64,000 bases of DNA from Patescibacteria group bacterium (GCA_041660605.1 JBAZWB010000001.1:329295-393294), one strand, 5' to 3'. Counted from the stretch's first letter, positions 47,711 through 56,885 are shown. Notes: generated by a model from the letters alone, not told the origin. Numbers and translations are program-made.

Positions 47711-47771
47711 TGGATTATGAATCCAGCCTGCACATGGATGTATTGACAAAAACAGCGGGTGAGAGTAATTT
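47711..47771 (+). promoter_or_regulatory. palindromic site TGGATTATGAATCCA upstream of a TTGACA promoter
   Basis: same site (reverse complement) at 49136-49150 with near-identical spacing to TTGACA. Confidence 0.55.
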
Positions 47772-47813
47772 TGTAATGATAAAATAGCATATTAAAATAA
47801 CCGGAGGTAATAG

Positions 47814-49052
47814 ATGCAAGAGCAGAGTTTTTGTATTGGCGGAGGCATTCCACGCTGGTCGCAGATTTCAGTTGGCGGGGAGATAAAGAAAGTACGTAGC
47901 CGCGGCGGGTTATTCGGCGGCGATATCAGAGTCGTGACTGACGGACCGCATCGCGGTAAAATTCTCATCCCATTCTGGGAAAGCATGCTGGCGCATATTG
48001 CTCGGCAGAGCGGCGAGTATAGCGATGACTATTGGGACCAGAAATGGCTCATTTATCAGATGTTCGAAAGCGTCTATGAGGCCGTTCGCTATACCTACCA
48101 TATTCTGGATGAAAATTATGGCATTACTTTCCAGCAAGGTGAGAAAGGTCGTTTGGCTGCAGCACGGCAGGCGTTGATGGATCTGAATATGGTGGCAATC
48201 GGTCTGCGTAAGGGTAATGTAAAAGAGCTGATGCTGACTTTGCAGGAGAGATCTGGATTTATCATCAGGCAGGTCGGTGAGCAGCCTCACGATAAGCTGA
48301 AATGCCAGGCACTCAAGCATTCCATCAGGCTAGGTACTGCTTTTGACAGTCTGAAGCGGGTTAATCTCGGGGCGTACCGGGCGGTAACCGTGACTGCCGA
48401 CGATGAGTTGGCGCACCGGATAGTCGACATCCGCTGCATAGAGCCAAAGATTTTGGCGAGACGGCAGACTCTTAAGGCGGTGATTGAGGAAATGGAACTC
48501 TACTTGAACGGGATTTACGAATTTCTCACTTTATTGCTTAGGGAAGATGAATTGCAGAAAGATCAGCGTTCAGACAGAAAGAAGTGCGAGGAGCTGTATT
48601 CTCATCTGACTTTGTATCTTCGCCGGATCGCGCTTTATGACATATTGCCATTCAGCTGGACAGCTTACTACATCGGAAGAGAGTTTGCTAATGCTCGTAT
48701 CTTATTGGAACGGGGTGAATGGCATCCAGCATTGGTTTTGCTGCGCAGCAGCTGGAGTTCACTGGCTTTGCGGCAGCTGCGAACCGATATTGAAGAAGTC
48801 ATTCTCAAGATTACTTTCATGCTCTTTGGCAAGCCGAAAGAGATAAACGTAAAACAGGCAAGTGATCTGGCTGATGAGTTGGTAGGATTCACTGGACGGT
48901 TGAGTCAAATTGACGACTTAAGCTTCCGCCAGCCGGTGGTTAAAAAAGTTTGGCCGCTGATTAATTCTGCGGAACACCAACTTTGCGATCACACTGTAGC
49001 CTCTGTTCGGGCAGCCAAGGATTGGCTAAAGCAGGCGGCCAGCTTGCTTTAA
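47814..49052 (+). CDS. hypothetical alpha-helical protein
   Basis: GGAGG RBS, 412-aa ORF, own promoter and terminator. Confidence 0.8.
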   Translation: MQEQSFCIGGGIPRWSQISVGGEIKKVRSRGGLFGGDIRVVTDGPHRGKILIPFWESMLAHIARQSGEYSDDYWDQKWLIYQMFESVYEAVRYTYHILDENYGITFQQGEKGRLAAARQALMDLNMVAIGLRKGNVKELMLTLQERSGFIIRQVGEQPHDKLKCQALKHSIRLGTAFDSLKRVNLGAYRAVTVTADDELAHRIVDIRCIEPKILARRQTLKAVIEEMELYLNGIYEFLTLLLREDELQKDQRSDRKKCEELYSHLTLYLRRIALYDILPFSWTAYYIGREFANARILLERGEWHPALVLLRSSWSSLALRQLRTDIEEVILKITFMLFGKPKEINVKQASDLADELVGFTGRLSQIDDLSFRQPVVKKVWPLINSAEHQLCDHTVASVRAAKDWLKQAASLL

Positions 49053-49077
49053 TATGAATTATGAAGGATTTAAGCTT

Positions 49078-49111
49078 AATGCGCATTTTCGAGAGGGGAT
49101 GCGCATTTTTT
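49078..49111 (+). terminator. intrinsic terminator
   Basis: ATGCGCAT...ATGCGCAT + T-run. Confidence 0.6.
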
Positions 49112-49135
49112 ATTAAGACTTATTTAGACTTAGAT

Positions 49136-49197
49136 TGGATTCATAATCCAGTCCGAACCGCGGAAGTATTGACAAATTAAAATTTATATGTTAGTAT
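49136..49197 (+). promoter_or_regulatory. palindromic site TGGATTCATAATCCA + TTGACA-17bp-(TG)tTAGTAT promoter
   Basis: matches 47711-47771. Confidence 0.55.
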
Positions 49198-49295
49198 AGC
49201 CTGTTATTTTGATCCGGACTTTAATAAACACTTCACTGGCAGACCCTTGGAAATCTGCGGTTTTCATGGGGCTGCCAATGCAAGTCATAGACAGC

Positions 49296-49363
49296 CATGT
49301 TCACTCAAACCCGGTCAACTCTACAAGGTGTAGGGAAGGCGCAGGGCAAGGGGATGGAACATG
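49296..49363 (+). promoter_or_regulatory. candidate cis-regulatory RNA motif, copy 1
   Basis: CCC-GGTCAA-[hairpin]-AAGGCGCA-GGG; second copy at 50080-50126. Confidence 0.55.
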
Positions 49364-49382
49364 AAACGTATGGAGAAACCAT

Positions 49383-50054
49383 ATGTCGAATTCAGTTTTT
49401 GCTCGTATCTTAAATCCCGAATATGGGGTCTTTGATGAACAACTCGGTGTTGTTCCTGTTCAGGTGTCAGGAGATCAATACCAAGGTCTTACCTCAGTTT
49501 ACTTTGATTGGAAAGAAAACCATAGGCATTACCATGATAATGATGGAGAAAAACTCATCAGTTTGGGCATGGGCCAACCTAATCCTCCCATTGTGCATAT
49601 GCAGATTGATGTTCATTGGGAAGAAGCCGGTAGTTGGTGGAAGCACTGGAAGGCATGCGTTTCTGGAGTCCCGGAAAATCGAATCCGGCCGGTAAAAATC
49701 GTCGACCTGGATAAAAATCATCAATTTCCCTCTAACCATGGGATTTGGATCTGTGGATGTCGCATATACGCGATATTTCCTCTGACAGAAAACAATCTGT
49801 TTGAGGTGGCGCAGTTGGCGATAAGCAGCGTTTCGGATCAGCAAATATTTCAGTTTGTGGTCCAGATGCTTCTGTATCACGCCTCTCAGCCGGCTTCGAA
49901 ACCTGCTTCTCTTTTCACCGACGACGATCCGAGAATTATTGCTGAAATCATCACACTCTTCCAGGGACACCGCAAATTCCGTGTAGAGATTGGTGAAGAA
50001 CGACTGGCTGGTCTTGCTCTTCGCGTGAACCAGGCAGTTAGCGCTGGTCTCTAG
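49383..50054 (+). CDS. hypothetical protein
   Basis: GGAG RBS, 223-aa ORF. Confidence 0.7.
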   Translation: MSNSVFARILNPEYGVFDEQLGVVPVQVSGDQYQGLTSVYFDWKENHRHYHDNDGEKLISLGMGQPNPPIVHMQIDVHWEEAGSWWKHWKACVSGVPENRIRPVKIVDLDKNHQFPSNHGIWICGCRIYAIFPLTENNLFEVAQLAISSVSDQQIFQFVVQMLLYHASQPASKPASLFTDDDPRIIAEIITLFQGHRKFRVEIGEERLAGLALRVNQAVSAGL

Positions 50055-50079
50055 ATCTGTCAACCGTCAACAACTCAAA

Positions 50080-50126
50080 CTCAACTCCGGTCAACCTATT
50101 ATATATGGGAAGGCGCAGGAGAAGGG
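50080..50126 (+). promoter_or_regulatory. candidate cis-regulatory RNA motif, copy 2 (overlaps RBS)
   Basis: CTCC-GGTCAA-[hairpin]-AAGGCGCA-GGAG. Confidence 0.55.
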
Positions 50127-50133
50127 AGAACAC

Positions 50134-50808
50134 ATGTATTCACAAGTCGAAAAAACTGTGGAGCTTAGGAATAAGCTTATGGGGCTCAATTTTCCGTGGA
50201 ATATTTGTTTTCTTATCGGAAGCTTAATAGTGCTTGTTGTTCCTATATCTCAATACGCTTTTGTGTTGGGTTATATTGATCCTCAAGCGCATGGCATTGA
50301 AAAATTGCAGAATATCCTGAGTAATCTCGGTCTAAATCTGACACGGTATCAGATACTAGATGCGGTTACGCTTATATGCCCTGGACTTTTGTCCATGTTT
50401 ACAGTTCTGGTAGGAGCTATTATCCTGAGACCGCAACGGAAATACGATAGTCGTCAAGAAGATCTAATGTACCGTTTTGATTTTTATGCAGCCGGCTCTC
50501 AAGTAATCGGAAAGATTGATGCTCATCTGATCAATTTCGGTGAATTGCTGAAAGCATCAGATTATAAACCCTTACCTGTATTAGGGTTGAGTCCCGAGTA
50601 TGTGATTGATAGCGGTAGCCTGGTTCTCCAGATACCTATCGACTCTAACGACGGTCTTGCAGCAACCAAGGAGTGGTGCAAACAGGTTAAAGACTTCATG
50701 TCTTTGACGCCGCCGTCAGTGTGGCGTGGATGGGTGATGATTGTGATGTACATCTTCGCTCTAATAGGCATTCCTGTGCTATGGTATTGTCTCGTTCATT
50801 TCGTGTAG
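50134..50808 (+). CDS. hypothetical membrane protein (3 TMs)
   Basis: 224-aa ORF, RBS, terminator downstream. Confidence 0.75.
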   Translation: MYSQVEKTVELRNKLMGLNFPWNICFLIGSLIVLVVPISQYAFVLGYIDPQAHGIEKLQNILSNLGLNLTRYQILDAVTLICPGLLSMFTVLVGAIILRPQRKYDSRQEDLMYRFDFYAAGSQVIGKIDAHLINFGELLKASDYKPLPVLGLSPEYVIDSGSLVLQIPIDSNDGLAATKEWCKQVKDFMSLTPPSVWRGWVMIVMYIFALIGIPVLWYCLVHFV

Positions 50809-50816
50809 AATCTATA

Positions 50817-50857
50817 ACCCTCTGCTTGGTCTTCGGATCAGGCAGGGGTGTTTTTTT
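50817..50857 (+). terminator. intrinsic terminator
   Basis: ACCCTCTGCTTGGTC-TTCG-GATCAGGCAGGGGT + T7. Confidence 0.8.
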
Positions 50858-50899
50858 ATTGCCAGAACGCCGGTAAATGGTTATAATTAACCTAAGTTT

Positions 50900-52276
50900 A
50901 TGGCAGAAAACACTAAAATGGAAAAACTAATTTCGCTGTGCAAAAGGCGCGGTTTTATTTTTCAGTCCGGCGAGCAGTACGGCGGTTTGCAGGGCTTCTG
51001 GGATTTCGGGCCGCTGGGCGTTGAATTGAAAAATAATATCAAGAAATTGTGGTGGAAAAAATTCGTCCAGCAGCGCGATGACGTAGTCGGGTTAGATTCA
51101 GCGATTGTGACCAATCCGAAAGTCTGGGAAAAAAGTGGGCACGTGAAAAGCTTTGCCGACACGCTGGTGGAATGCAAAAAATGCCATTTGCGCTTCAAGT
51201 ACGACGATTTATCCGATAAGGATAAATGCCCGAGCTGCGGAGGCGAATTTACCGAAGCCAAACAGTTCAATACCATGTTCAGGACTTTTGTCGGGCCGGC
51301 GGAGAGTTCCTCGTCCACGGCGTATCTGCGCCCGGAAACCGCCCAGAATATTTTTATAAATTTTGATCTGATCCGGCAATCAATGCGCCTGAAGATTCCA
51401 TTCGGCATCGCGCAGATCGGCAAAGCCTTCCGCAACGAGATTACGCCAGGCAATTTTATTTTTCGTTCGCGTGAATTTGAACAGATGGAACTGGAATATT
51501 TTGTGGCACCTAAGGAAGATGAGGGGTGGTTTGTAAAATGGGTGGCCGCCAGCCACCGCTGGTTCATTGATTTAGGCATTAAAAAAGAGAACCTGCGCCT
51601 GTTTGAGCAGCCAAAGGAGGAACTGGCGCATTATTCCAAAGCCACCACGGATATAGAATATAAATTTCCGTTCTCCGCCAAAGGCGGCAATGAAGGCTGG
51701 GCGGAACTGATGGGCATTGCCAACCGCACGGATTACGACCTGAAAGCCCACGGCTTCAAATACCGGGACGAGGCAACCAATAAAGAATTTATCCCTTATG
51801 TCATTGAGCCCTCGGCCGGCGTTGACCGGGCAGCTTTGGCTTTTTTACTGGATGCGTACGATGAAGTGAAAGGCGGCCGGACCACTACTACCGAGAGCAA
51901 CAAGGAATCGGAAATAGTCTTGCGCCTGCACAAGGACCTGGCGCCTTTCAAAGTGGCGGTTTTGCCATTGTCAAAAAAGGAAAAGCTATCCGGGTTGGCC
52001 AAAGATGTTTATCATGATCTGCAGAAACACTGGATGACCGCTTATGACGAGATTTCCTCCATCGGCCGGCGCTATCGCCGCCAGGACGAGATTGGCACGC
52101 CATATTGCGTGACGGTGGATTTCGAATCACTGGAGGACAAAAAAGTCACTGTGCGCGACAGGGATACGATGAAGCAGGAGAGGGTGGAGATTAAGGAAAT
52201 AATTCCATACCTTAGCAATCAATTGAAAAGTCAATCCATAATTAATGAACGAACGCGGCTACAAATCATCACCTGA
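50900..52276 (+). CDS. glyQS: glycine--tRNA ligase (alpha2 type)
   Basis: LCKRRGFIF, YLRPETAQ, QIGKAFRNEI, FRSREFEQME, VIEPSAGVDR, IGRRYRRQDEIGTP. Confidence 0.96.
   Translation: MAENTKMEKLISLCKRRGFIFQSGEQYGGLQGFWDFGPLGVELKNNIKKLWWKKFVQQRDDVVGLDSAIVTNPKVWEKSGHVKSFADTLVECKKCHLRFKYDDLSDKDKCPSCGGEFTEAKQFNTMFRTFVGPAESSSSTAYLRPETAQNIFINFDLIRQSMRLKIPFGIAQIGKAFRNEITPGNFIFRSREFEQMELEYFVAPKEDEGWFVKWVAASHRWFIDLGIKKENLRLFEQPKEELAHYSKATTDIEYKFPFSAKGGNEGWAELMGIANRTDYDLKAHGFKYRDEATNKEFIPYVIEPSAGVDRAALAFLLDAYDEVKGGRTTTTESNKESEIVLRLHKDLAPFKVAVLPLSKKEKLSGLAKDVYHDLQKHWMTAYDEISSIGRRYRRQDEIGTPYCVTVDFESLEDKKVTVRDRDTMKQERVEIKEIIPYLSNQLKSQSIINERTRLQIIT
52153..52183 (+). repeat. 31-bp direct repeat, copy 1 (within glyQS 3' end)
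   Basis: GCGCGACAGGGATACGATGAAGCAGGAGAGG identical at 53125-53155. Confidence 0.95.
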
Positions 52277-53111
52277 AGCCGGTGGTTTTTCAGCATCGGA
52301 TTCCGCTGCAGAGAAAAAAGATAAAAAACCAGGCAGGATTGTCAGAGGAATCAGGAATGTTGTAGTGGCGGCTGCAGCCGCAGGAGTTTTATCATCAGCA
52401 GCCAGCGCTGAAGGTGCTAAAGGGCAAGCGGATACGTCAAAACAAGAACAACGAGAGGCAAGCCGGATGAATCTTGAGGATCAGGTTTTACACTATATGG
52501 ATAATGCGCTTAACAAGGGTCTCTCAAGATCTATTGTGGAACAGAACTTAAGACAGTCATTTGCACTTTTAAAAGAAGGCATACTCCAGGATAAGAGTGC
52601 AGATTCGGTAAAATCTCAAATTGATTCACTCTGGCCAGAAATGTACAGATTACCAGATAGTAAAGACTATCCGATTGATCCAAATGATACAGAATTAATG
52701 GGAATCTATAAGCTATATGATTCACTGATGTTTGAGATGGATGCGATTGACGAGAAAGTGCAAAAGGAAATAAATATGATACATCCCGATACGTTGTCCC
52801 AGAATTTTAATTTTACCGAGGAGTGGGCGCAGGCAAATGTCGGGAAGATTTTTCTTCAGGGCGATAAATTGATTGTAGTTGGAAAAGGGGAATCGCCAGA
52901 CGAGCAAACAGCATCGGATAAGGCAATGTTTGAAGCTCAGGCAGGCATGGCAAAATACCTGGCGCAAGAGGGAGCGCCGCAGTACGGAGGAGAGTTTGTT
53001 TCTATTTTTGGAACTGAAGAAATTGCCCACTTTCGGGAAACCAAGGATGATGGCAAGCATCAATCGGTGAAAGTAATGGGAACTTCGGTTAAAAAGAATC
53101 TCAGGAAATAA
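52245..53111 (+). CDS. exported hypothetical protein (cargo between the glyQS direct repeats)
   Basis: charged N-terminus + Ala-rich hydrophobic stretch; 288 aa. Confidence 0.8.
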   Translation: MNERGYKSSPEAGGFSASDSAAEKKDKKPGRIVRGIRNVVVAAAAAGVLSSAASAEGAKGQADTSKQEQREASRMNLEDQVLHYMDNALNKGLSRSIVEQNLRQSFALLKEGILQDKSADSVKSQIDSLWPEMYRLPDSKDYPIDPNDTELMGIYKLYDSLMFEMDAIDEKVQKEINMIHPDTLSQNFNFTEEWAQANVGKIFLQGDKLIVVGKGESPDEQTASDKAMFEAQAGMAKYLAQEGAPQYGGEFVSIFGTEEIAHFRETKDDGKHQSVKVMGTSVKKNLRK

Positions 53112-53124
53112 TTTAAATAAGCGG

Positions 53125-53200
53125 GCGCGACAGGGATACGATGAAGCAGGAGAGGATTGAAATTGATAAATTGGCGGTTTATTTGTTAGAACATTTATAA
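53125..53200 (+). pseudogene. displaced alternative glyQS 3' end (RDRDTMKQERIEIDKLAVYLLEHL*)
   Basis: 31-bp repeat copy 2 continuing in frame as a typical GlyRS C-terminus. Confidence 0.85.
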
Positions 53201-53211
53201 TTTGTTATTTT

Positions 53212-53469
53212 TTCTTTTCTGTACAAACAGAAAAGAAGCAAAAGAGTTGCCGCCTGTATAAAAAATTATCGAAAAAGGGCTTGTCGTCATTCCGCGTTGT
53301 AAACTCGCTCCTCGCTTCGTCCGCCTGCGGCGTAACTTCGCTGCGTTCGCTCAAACAGTACAACGCGGTTGCCTATGGGCAACCATTCCTCCTCGCTCCT
53401 TTTTCTTTTAAATTTTTTATAATAGGCGGATTGATTTCATTTTTACTACGATTACTCCGCAATGGGCGG
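53212..53469. repeat. structured MITE/REP-like element, related to 4966-5173
   Basis: TTCTTTTCTG/CAGAAAAGAA hairpin + CAAAAGAGTT + long hairpin CCGCCTGT/ATAGGCGG with nested inserts. Confidence 0.7.
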
Positions 53470-53592
53470 ATTAATCGCGGATTTGAGACGGACCCGACCT
53501 TTTAAAGAATGCCCAGCCTTAAAGTATATTAAATAAAAAAAGTCTCCGAACAAAAGTCCGGAGACCTATACAGCTCAAGCTTATAAGATTGC

Positions 53593-53733
53593 CTAGTTAG
53601 GCCATTTGATTGACGGGAAAGCGCCGCCATCAGAGGCTAATTGAAGTCCCGCAAGCGCAAATAGAATCAGAACCACGATCCCCAGCAGGATTAACCAAGT
53701 TTTTTTGTAATCAGGCTGATTACTATACGACAT
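53593..53733 (-). CDS. 46-aa single-TM small protein
   Basis: AGGAGG RBS, MSYSNQPDYKKTWLILLGIVVLILFALAGLQLASDGGAFPSIKWPN, terminator GTCTCCG/CGGAGAC+T7 at 53535-53565. Confidence 0.7.
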   Translation of the reverse strand: MSYSNQPDYKKTWLILLGIVVLILFALAGLQLASDGGAFPSIKWPN

Positions 53734-53817
53734 TCTAACCTCCTGTAATGAACGTCCAGCATGTTAAATAGGTATTTAAGCCTATTTAAAATCAAAAATG
53801 ATAAATTGTCAAATAGC

Positions 53818-55083
53818 ATGTTCAAGAAATATAAATTAAAAAACGGTTTGCGCGTAATTTTAGCCCCTCTGCATGAGACAAAAGCAGTGACGGTTTTGGT
53901 GCTGGTAAAAATCGGTTCGCGGTATGAAAGCCGGGAAATCAACGGGGCGTCGCATTTTGTGGAGCACCTGATGTTCAAAGGCACGAACAAACGCCTGACC
54001 GCGCTGGATATCTCCAAAGAGCTGGACGGCGTTGGCGCGGAATACAACGCTTTTACTTCCAAGGACCATACGGGATATTACATCAAGGCGAATTATGAAA
54101 AGATCCAGCTGGCTCTGGATATCATTTCCGATATTATCTATAATTCCCGGTTTGAGCAAAAAGAAATTGAACGGGAAAGAGGGGTGATTATTGAGGAAAT
54201 CAACATGTACGAAGACAACCCCATGATGTTCATGGAGGATCTTTTTGAACAGACAGTATACGGAGACCATCCGCTTGGCTGGAACATCGCCGGCACCAAA
54301 GAGACCATCAGGAAAGTGACACGGGAGCAGCTTTTTGATTATTACAAATCCCATTATCAGCCGAAGAATATCTTGGTGGCAGTAGCCGGCCGCCTGGATA
54401 ATAACATCAGGAATCAGGTCGCCCGATATTTCGGCGTAGCGGCGCCGGCAAAAAAATCAGGCCAGTTTAAGAACATTAAAATTAAACAAAGCCAGCCCCA
54501 GTCCACGGTTAAATACAAGGACACGGAACAGGCTCAGCTGGCGCTCGGTTTTCCGGCGTATTCTTATTTCAATGATAAGCTGTATTCTTTATACCTTTTG
54601 AGCGTGATCCTGGGCGGCAACATGAGTTCGCGGCTTTTCACTTCCATCCGGGAGAAAAAAGGGCTGTGCTATTTTATCCGTTGCGGCGTTAATGTTTATG
54701 AAGACACGGGCAACCTAATGGTCCAGGCCGGCCTGGATAAGAGCCGGATCAAAGAAGCCATCAGGGAAATCATAAAAGAGCTGGTCAAGGTGAAAACCAG
54801 CGGCGTAACTGCCGGAGAACTGAAGAAAGCCAAGGATTTCCTGAAAGGCAAGCTGATTTTGGACCTGGAATCTTCGGAAAATGTCGCCTCCTGGCTGTCA
54901 AAACAGGAATTGATGCGCCATAAAATTATCAGCGTAGAACAGCAAATGAAGAAAATCGACCAGGTCAGCATTGCCAGCATCAAAAAAGTAACCAATGAAA
55001 TAATCAAACCGGCGAGAATTAACCTGTCATTGATCGGCCCGTTCCGGAATAAGGATGAATTTTCCGCTATTTTAAAGTTCTAG
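53818..55083 (+). CDS. M16 family zinc peptidase
   Basis: GASHFVEHLMFKGT (HxxEH), NAFTS, LGGNMSSRLF..IREK.GL. Confidence 0.93.
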   Translation: MFKKYKLKNGLRVILAPLHETKAVTVLVLVKIGSRYESREINGASHFVEHLMFKGTNKRLTALDISKELDGVGAEYNAFTSKDHTGYYIKANYEKIQLALDIISDIIYNSRFEQKEIERERGVIIEEINMYEDNPMMFMEDLFEQTVYGDHPLGWNIAGTKETIRKVTREQLFDYYKSHYQPKNILVAVAGRLDNNIRNQVARYFGVAAPAKKSGQFKNIKIKQSQPQSTVKYKDTEQAQLALGFPAYSYFNDKLYSLYLLSVILGGNMSSRLFTSIREKKGLCYFIRCGVNVYEDTGNLMVQAGLDKSRIKEAIREIIKELVKVKTSGVTAGELKKAKDFLKGKLILDLESSENVASWLSKQELMRHKIISVEQQMKKIDQVSIASIKKVTNEIIKPARINLSLIGPFRNKDEFSAILKF

Positions 55084-55113
55084 CTGTTATTGTATAATAA
55101 AAACACTTTTATT

Positions 55114-56169
55114 ATGCTGGAAAACAATAAAAACGTAACTATTAATATTTCTACGCTGACCATTGTCAAGGTAATTGTCATCCTGATAGTTTTGGCGCTT
55201 TTATATTTTTTGCGGGATGTGCTAATAATTCTACTGGTTTCCATAGTCCTGGCCACCGCCCTCAATCCCTGGGTGAACGCTTTGCAAAGGAGGAAAGTGC
55301 CGCGCATTCTGGCGACCGTATTCATCTATCTGGCATTTTTCGGTTCTTTTATAATTATTCTAGTTCTGCTGATCCCGCCTTTAGCGACTCAAGTTACAGA
55401 CATCGCCAGTAATTTTCCCGAATACTATAATCGCGTAGTCAGCGACTTCAGCCGTTTCCAGGATTTTTCTCTGCAGCAGAATATATTGGATGGCGTGCAA
55501 AAAACCCTGTCCTCCCTGCAGTCAGATATTGCTAAAACCACAGCCGGAATTTTTAGCGCAGTTTCCAGTATTTTCGGCGGATTTTTTACTTTGTTAGGCG
55601 TGGTAGTTATAACCTTTTACATGCTGCTGGAAGAGAATGCCCTGAAAAAATTCATGCGCTCGATCACGCCAAATAAATATCAGCCTTATGTTTTTCAGCT
55701 GATGAACCGCATGCAGGACAATCTGCGCTTATGGCTGCGAGGCCAACTGATATTATGCCTGTTAATAGGCGTTTTATCCTATATCGGCCTGACCATCATC
55801 GGCGTGAAGTTTTCCCTGGTACTCGGGCTGTGGGCGGGACTGACGGAATTTATACCTTATCTGGGACCGTTCTTGGGCGCCATTCCGGCGGTGTTCATCG
55901 CCATTACCACTGGCAGCTTCCTGAAAGGATTATTGGTCATCATCTGGTATATCGTCATCCAGCAATTGGAGAATCATCTGATAGTTCCGAAGGTGATGGA
56001 GAAGGCAGTCGGCCTGAATCCGTTGGTAGTGATAATCGTCATGCTGATCGGCGCTAAGATGGCGGGGATTGCCGGTTTATTGCTGGCAGTACCTATGGCT
56101 TTGATATTTAAATCTTTTATGGAAGATTTCTTCGCTGCGAAAAAAGACGAAGAAACATTACCCGAATAA
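55114..56169 (+). CDS. AI-2E (PerM/YhhT) family transporter
   Basis: WLRGQL, FIPYLGP, QQLEN.LIVPKVM..AVGLNP, G..G.LLAVP. Confidence 0.92.
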   Translation: MLENNKNVTINISTLTIVKVIVILIVLALLYFLRDVLIILLVSIVLATALNPWVNALQRRKVPRILATVFIYLAFFGSFIIILVLLIPPLATQVTDIASNFPEYYNRVVSDFSRFQDFSLQQNILDGVQKTLSSLQSDIAKTTAGIFSAVSSIFGGFFTLLGVVVITFYMLLEENALKKFMRSITPNKYQPYVFQLMNRMQDNLRLWLRGQLILCLLIGVLSYIGLTIIGVKFSLVLGLWAGLTEFIPYLGPFLGAIPAVFIAITTGSFLKGLLVIIWYIVIQQLENHLIVPKVMEKAVGLNPLVVIIVMLIGAKMAGIAGLLLAVPMALIFKSFMEDFFAAKKDEETLPE

Positions 56170-56172
56170 TTT

Positions 56173-56850
56173 ATGGGCACTCTATATGTAGTCGCAACGC
56201 CCATCGGCAATCTGGAGGATATTACCCTCCGAGCCTTGAGAGCCTTGAAAGAGGCGGATTTTATAATTTGCGAAGACACCAGGCATACTCTGCAGATGCT
56301 CAACCATTTTGAGATTAAAAAAACCCTAATTAGCTATCATCAGCATTCGCAGATACAAAAAATTGATTACATTATTTCTCTCTTAAAAAATGGTAAGAAT
56401 CTCGCTATGGTGTCTGACGCGGGCACGCCGGCCTTATCAGATCCTGGCGGCGTTTTGGTCCAGGAAGTTTTTAAATCTCTTGGCAATGAGGTAAAAATAG
56501 TGCCAATACCCGGCGTTTCTGCTTTGACCGCTTTAATATCCGTGGCCGGATTGCCGACCGATAAATTTACTTTCCTCGGTTTTTTGCCGCACAAGAAGGG
56601 GAGACAGACGTTGTTCAAGCTTATTGCTGATTCAGAGCAAACGGTTATTTTTTATGAGTCGCCGCATCGGATAATTAAAACTCTGACTGCCTTGGCAGAA
56701 TCCTTGCCAAACGAACGGCGGGTGGTGGTGGGTCGCGAGCTGACCAAGAAGTTTGAGACTATCTATCGCGGTTCGGCGCAGGAGATTTTGAAGCAACTGG
56801 CGGAAGGGGAAAGCAGGGGAGAGTTTGTGGTGCTGGTGGAGGGGAAGTAA
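56173..56850 (+). CDS. rsmI: 16S rRNA C1402 2'-O-methyltransferase
   Basis: LYVVATPIGNLEDITLRAL, CEDTR, VSDAGTP.LSDPG, FYESPHR, RELTK.FE. Confidence 0.96.
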   Translation: MGTLYVVATPIGNLEDITLRALRALKEADFIICEDTRHTLQMLNHFEIKKTLISYHQHSQIQKIDYIISLLKNGKNLAMVSDAGTPALSDPGGVLVQEVFKSLGNEVKIVPIPGVSALTALISVAGLPTDKFTFLGFLPHKKGRQTLFKLIADSEQTVIFYESPHRIIKTLTALAESLPNERRVVVGRELTKKFETIYRGSAQEILKQLAEGESRGEFVVLVEGK

Positions 56851-56885
56851 ATATTATTCTCAGTAATTATTAACTAAAAAATTAT

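Noticed and set aside
49296-50126. Integron attC sites, glycine riboswitch or SRP RNA as identity of the repeated motif
   Set aside because: No RYYYAAC/GTTRRRY ends, no CTCTCAGG aptamer core, no SRP CAGG-GNRA-AGCA loop.
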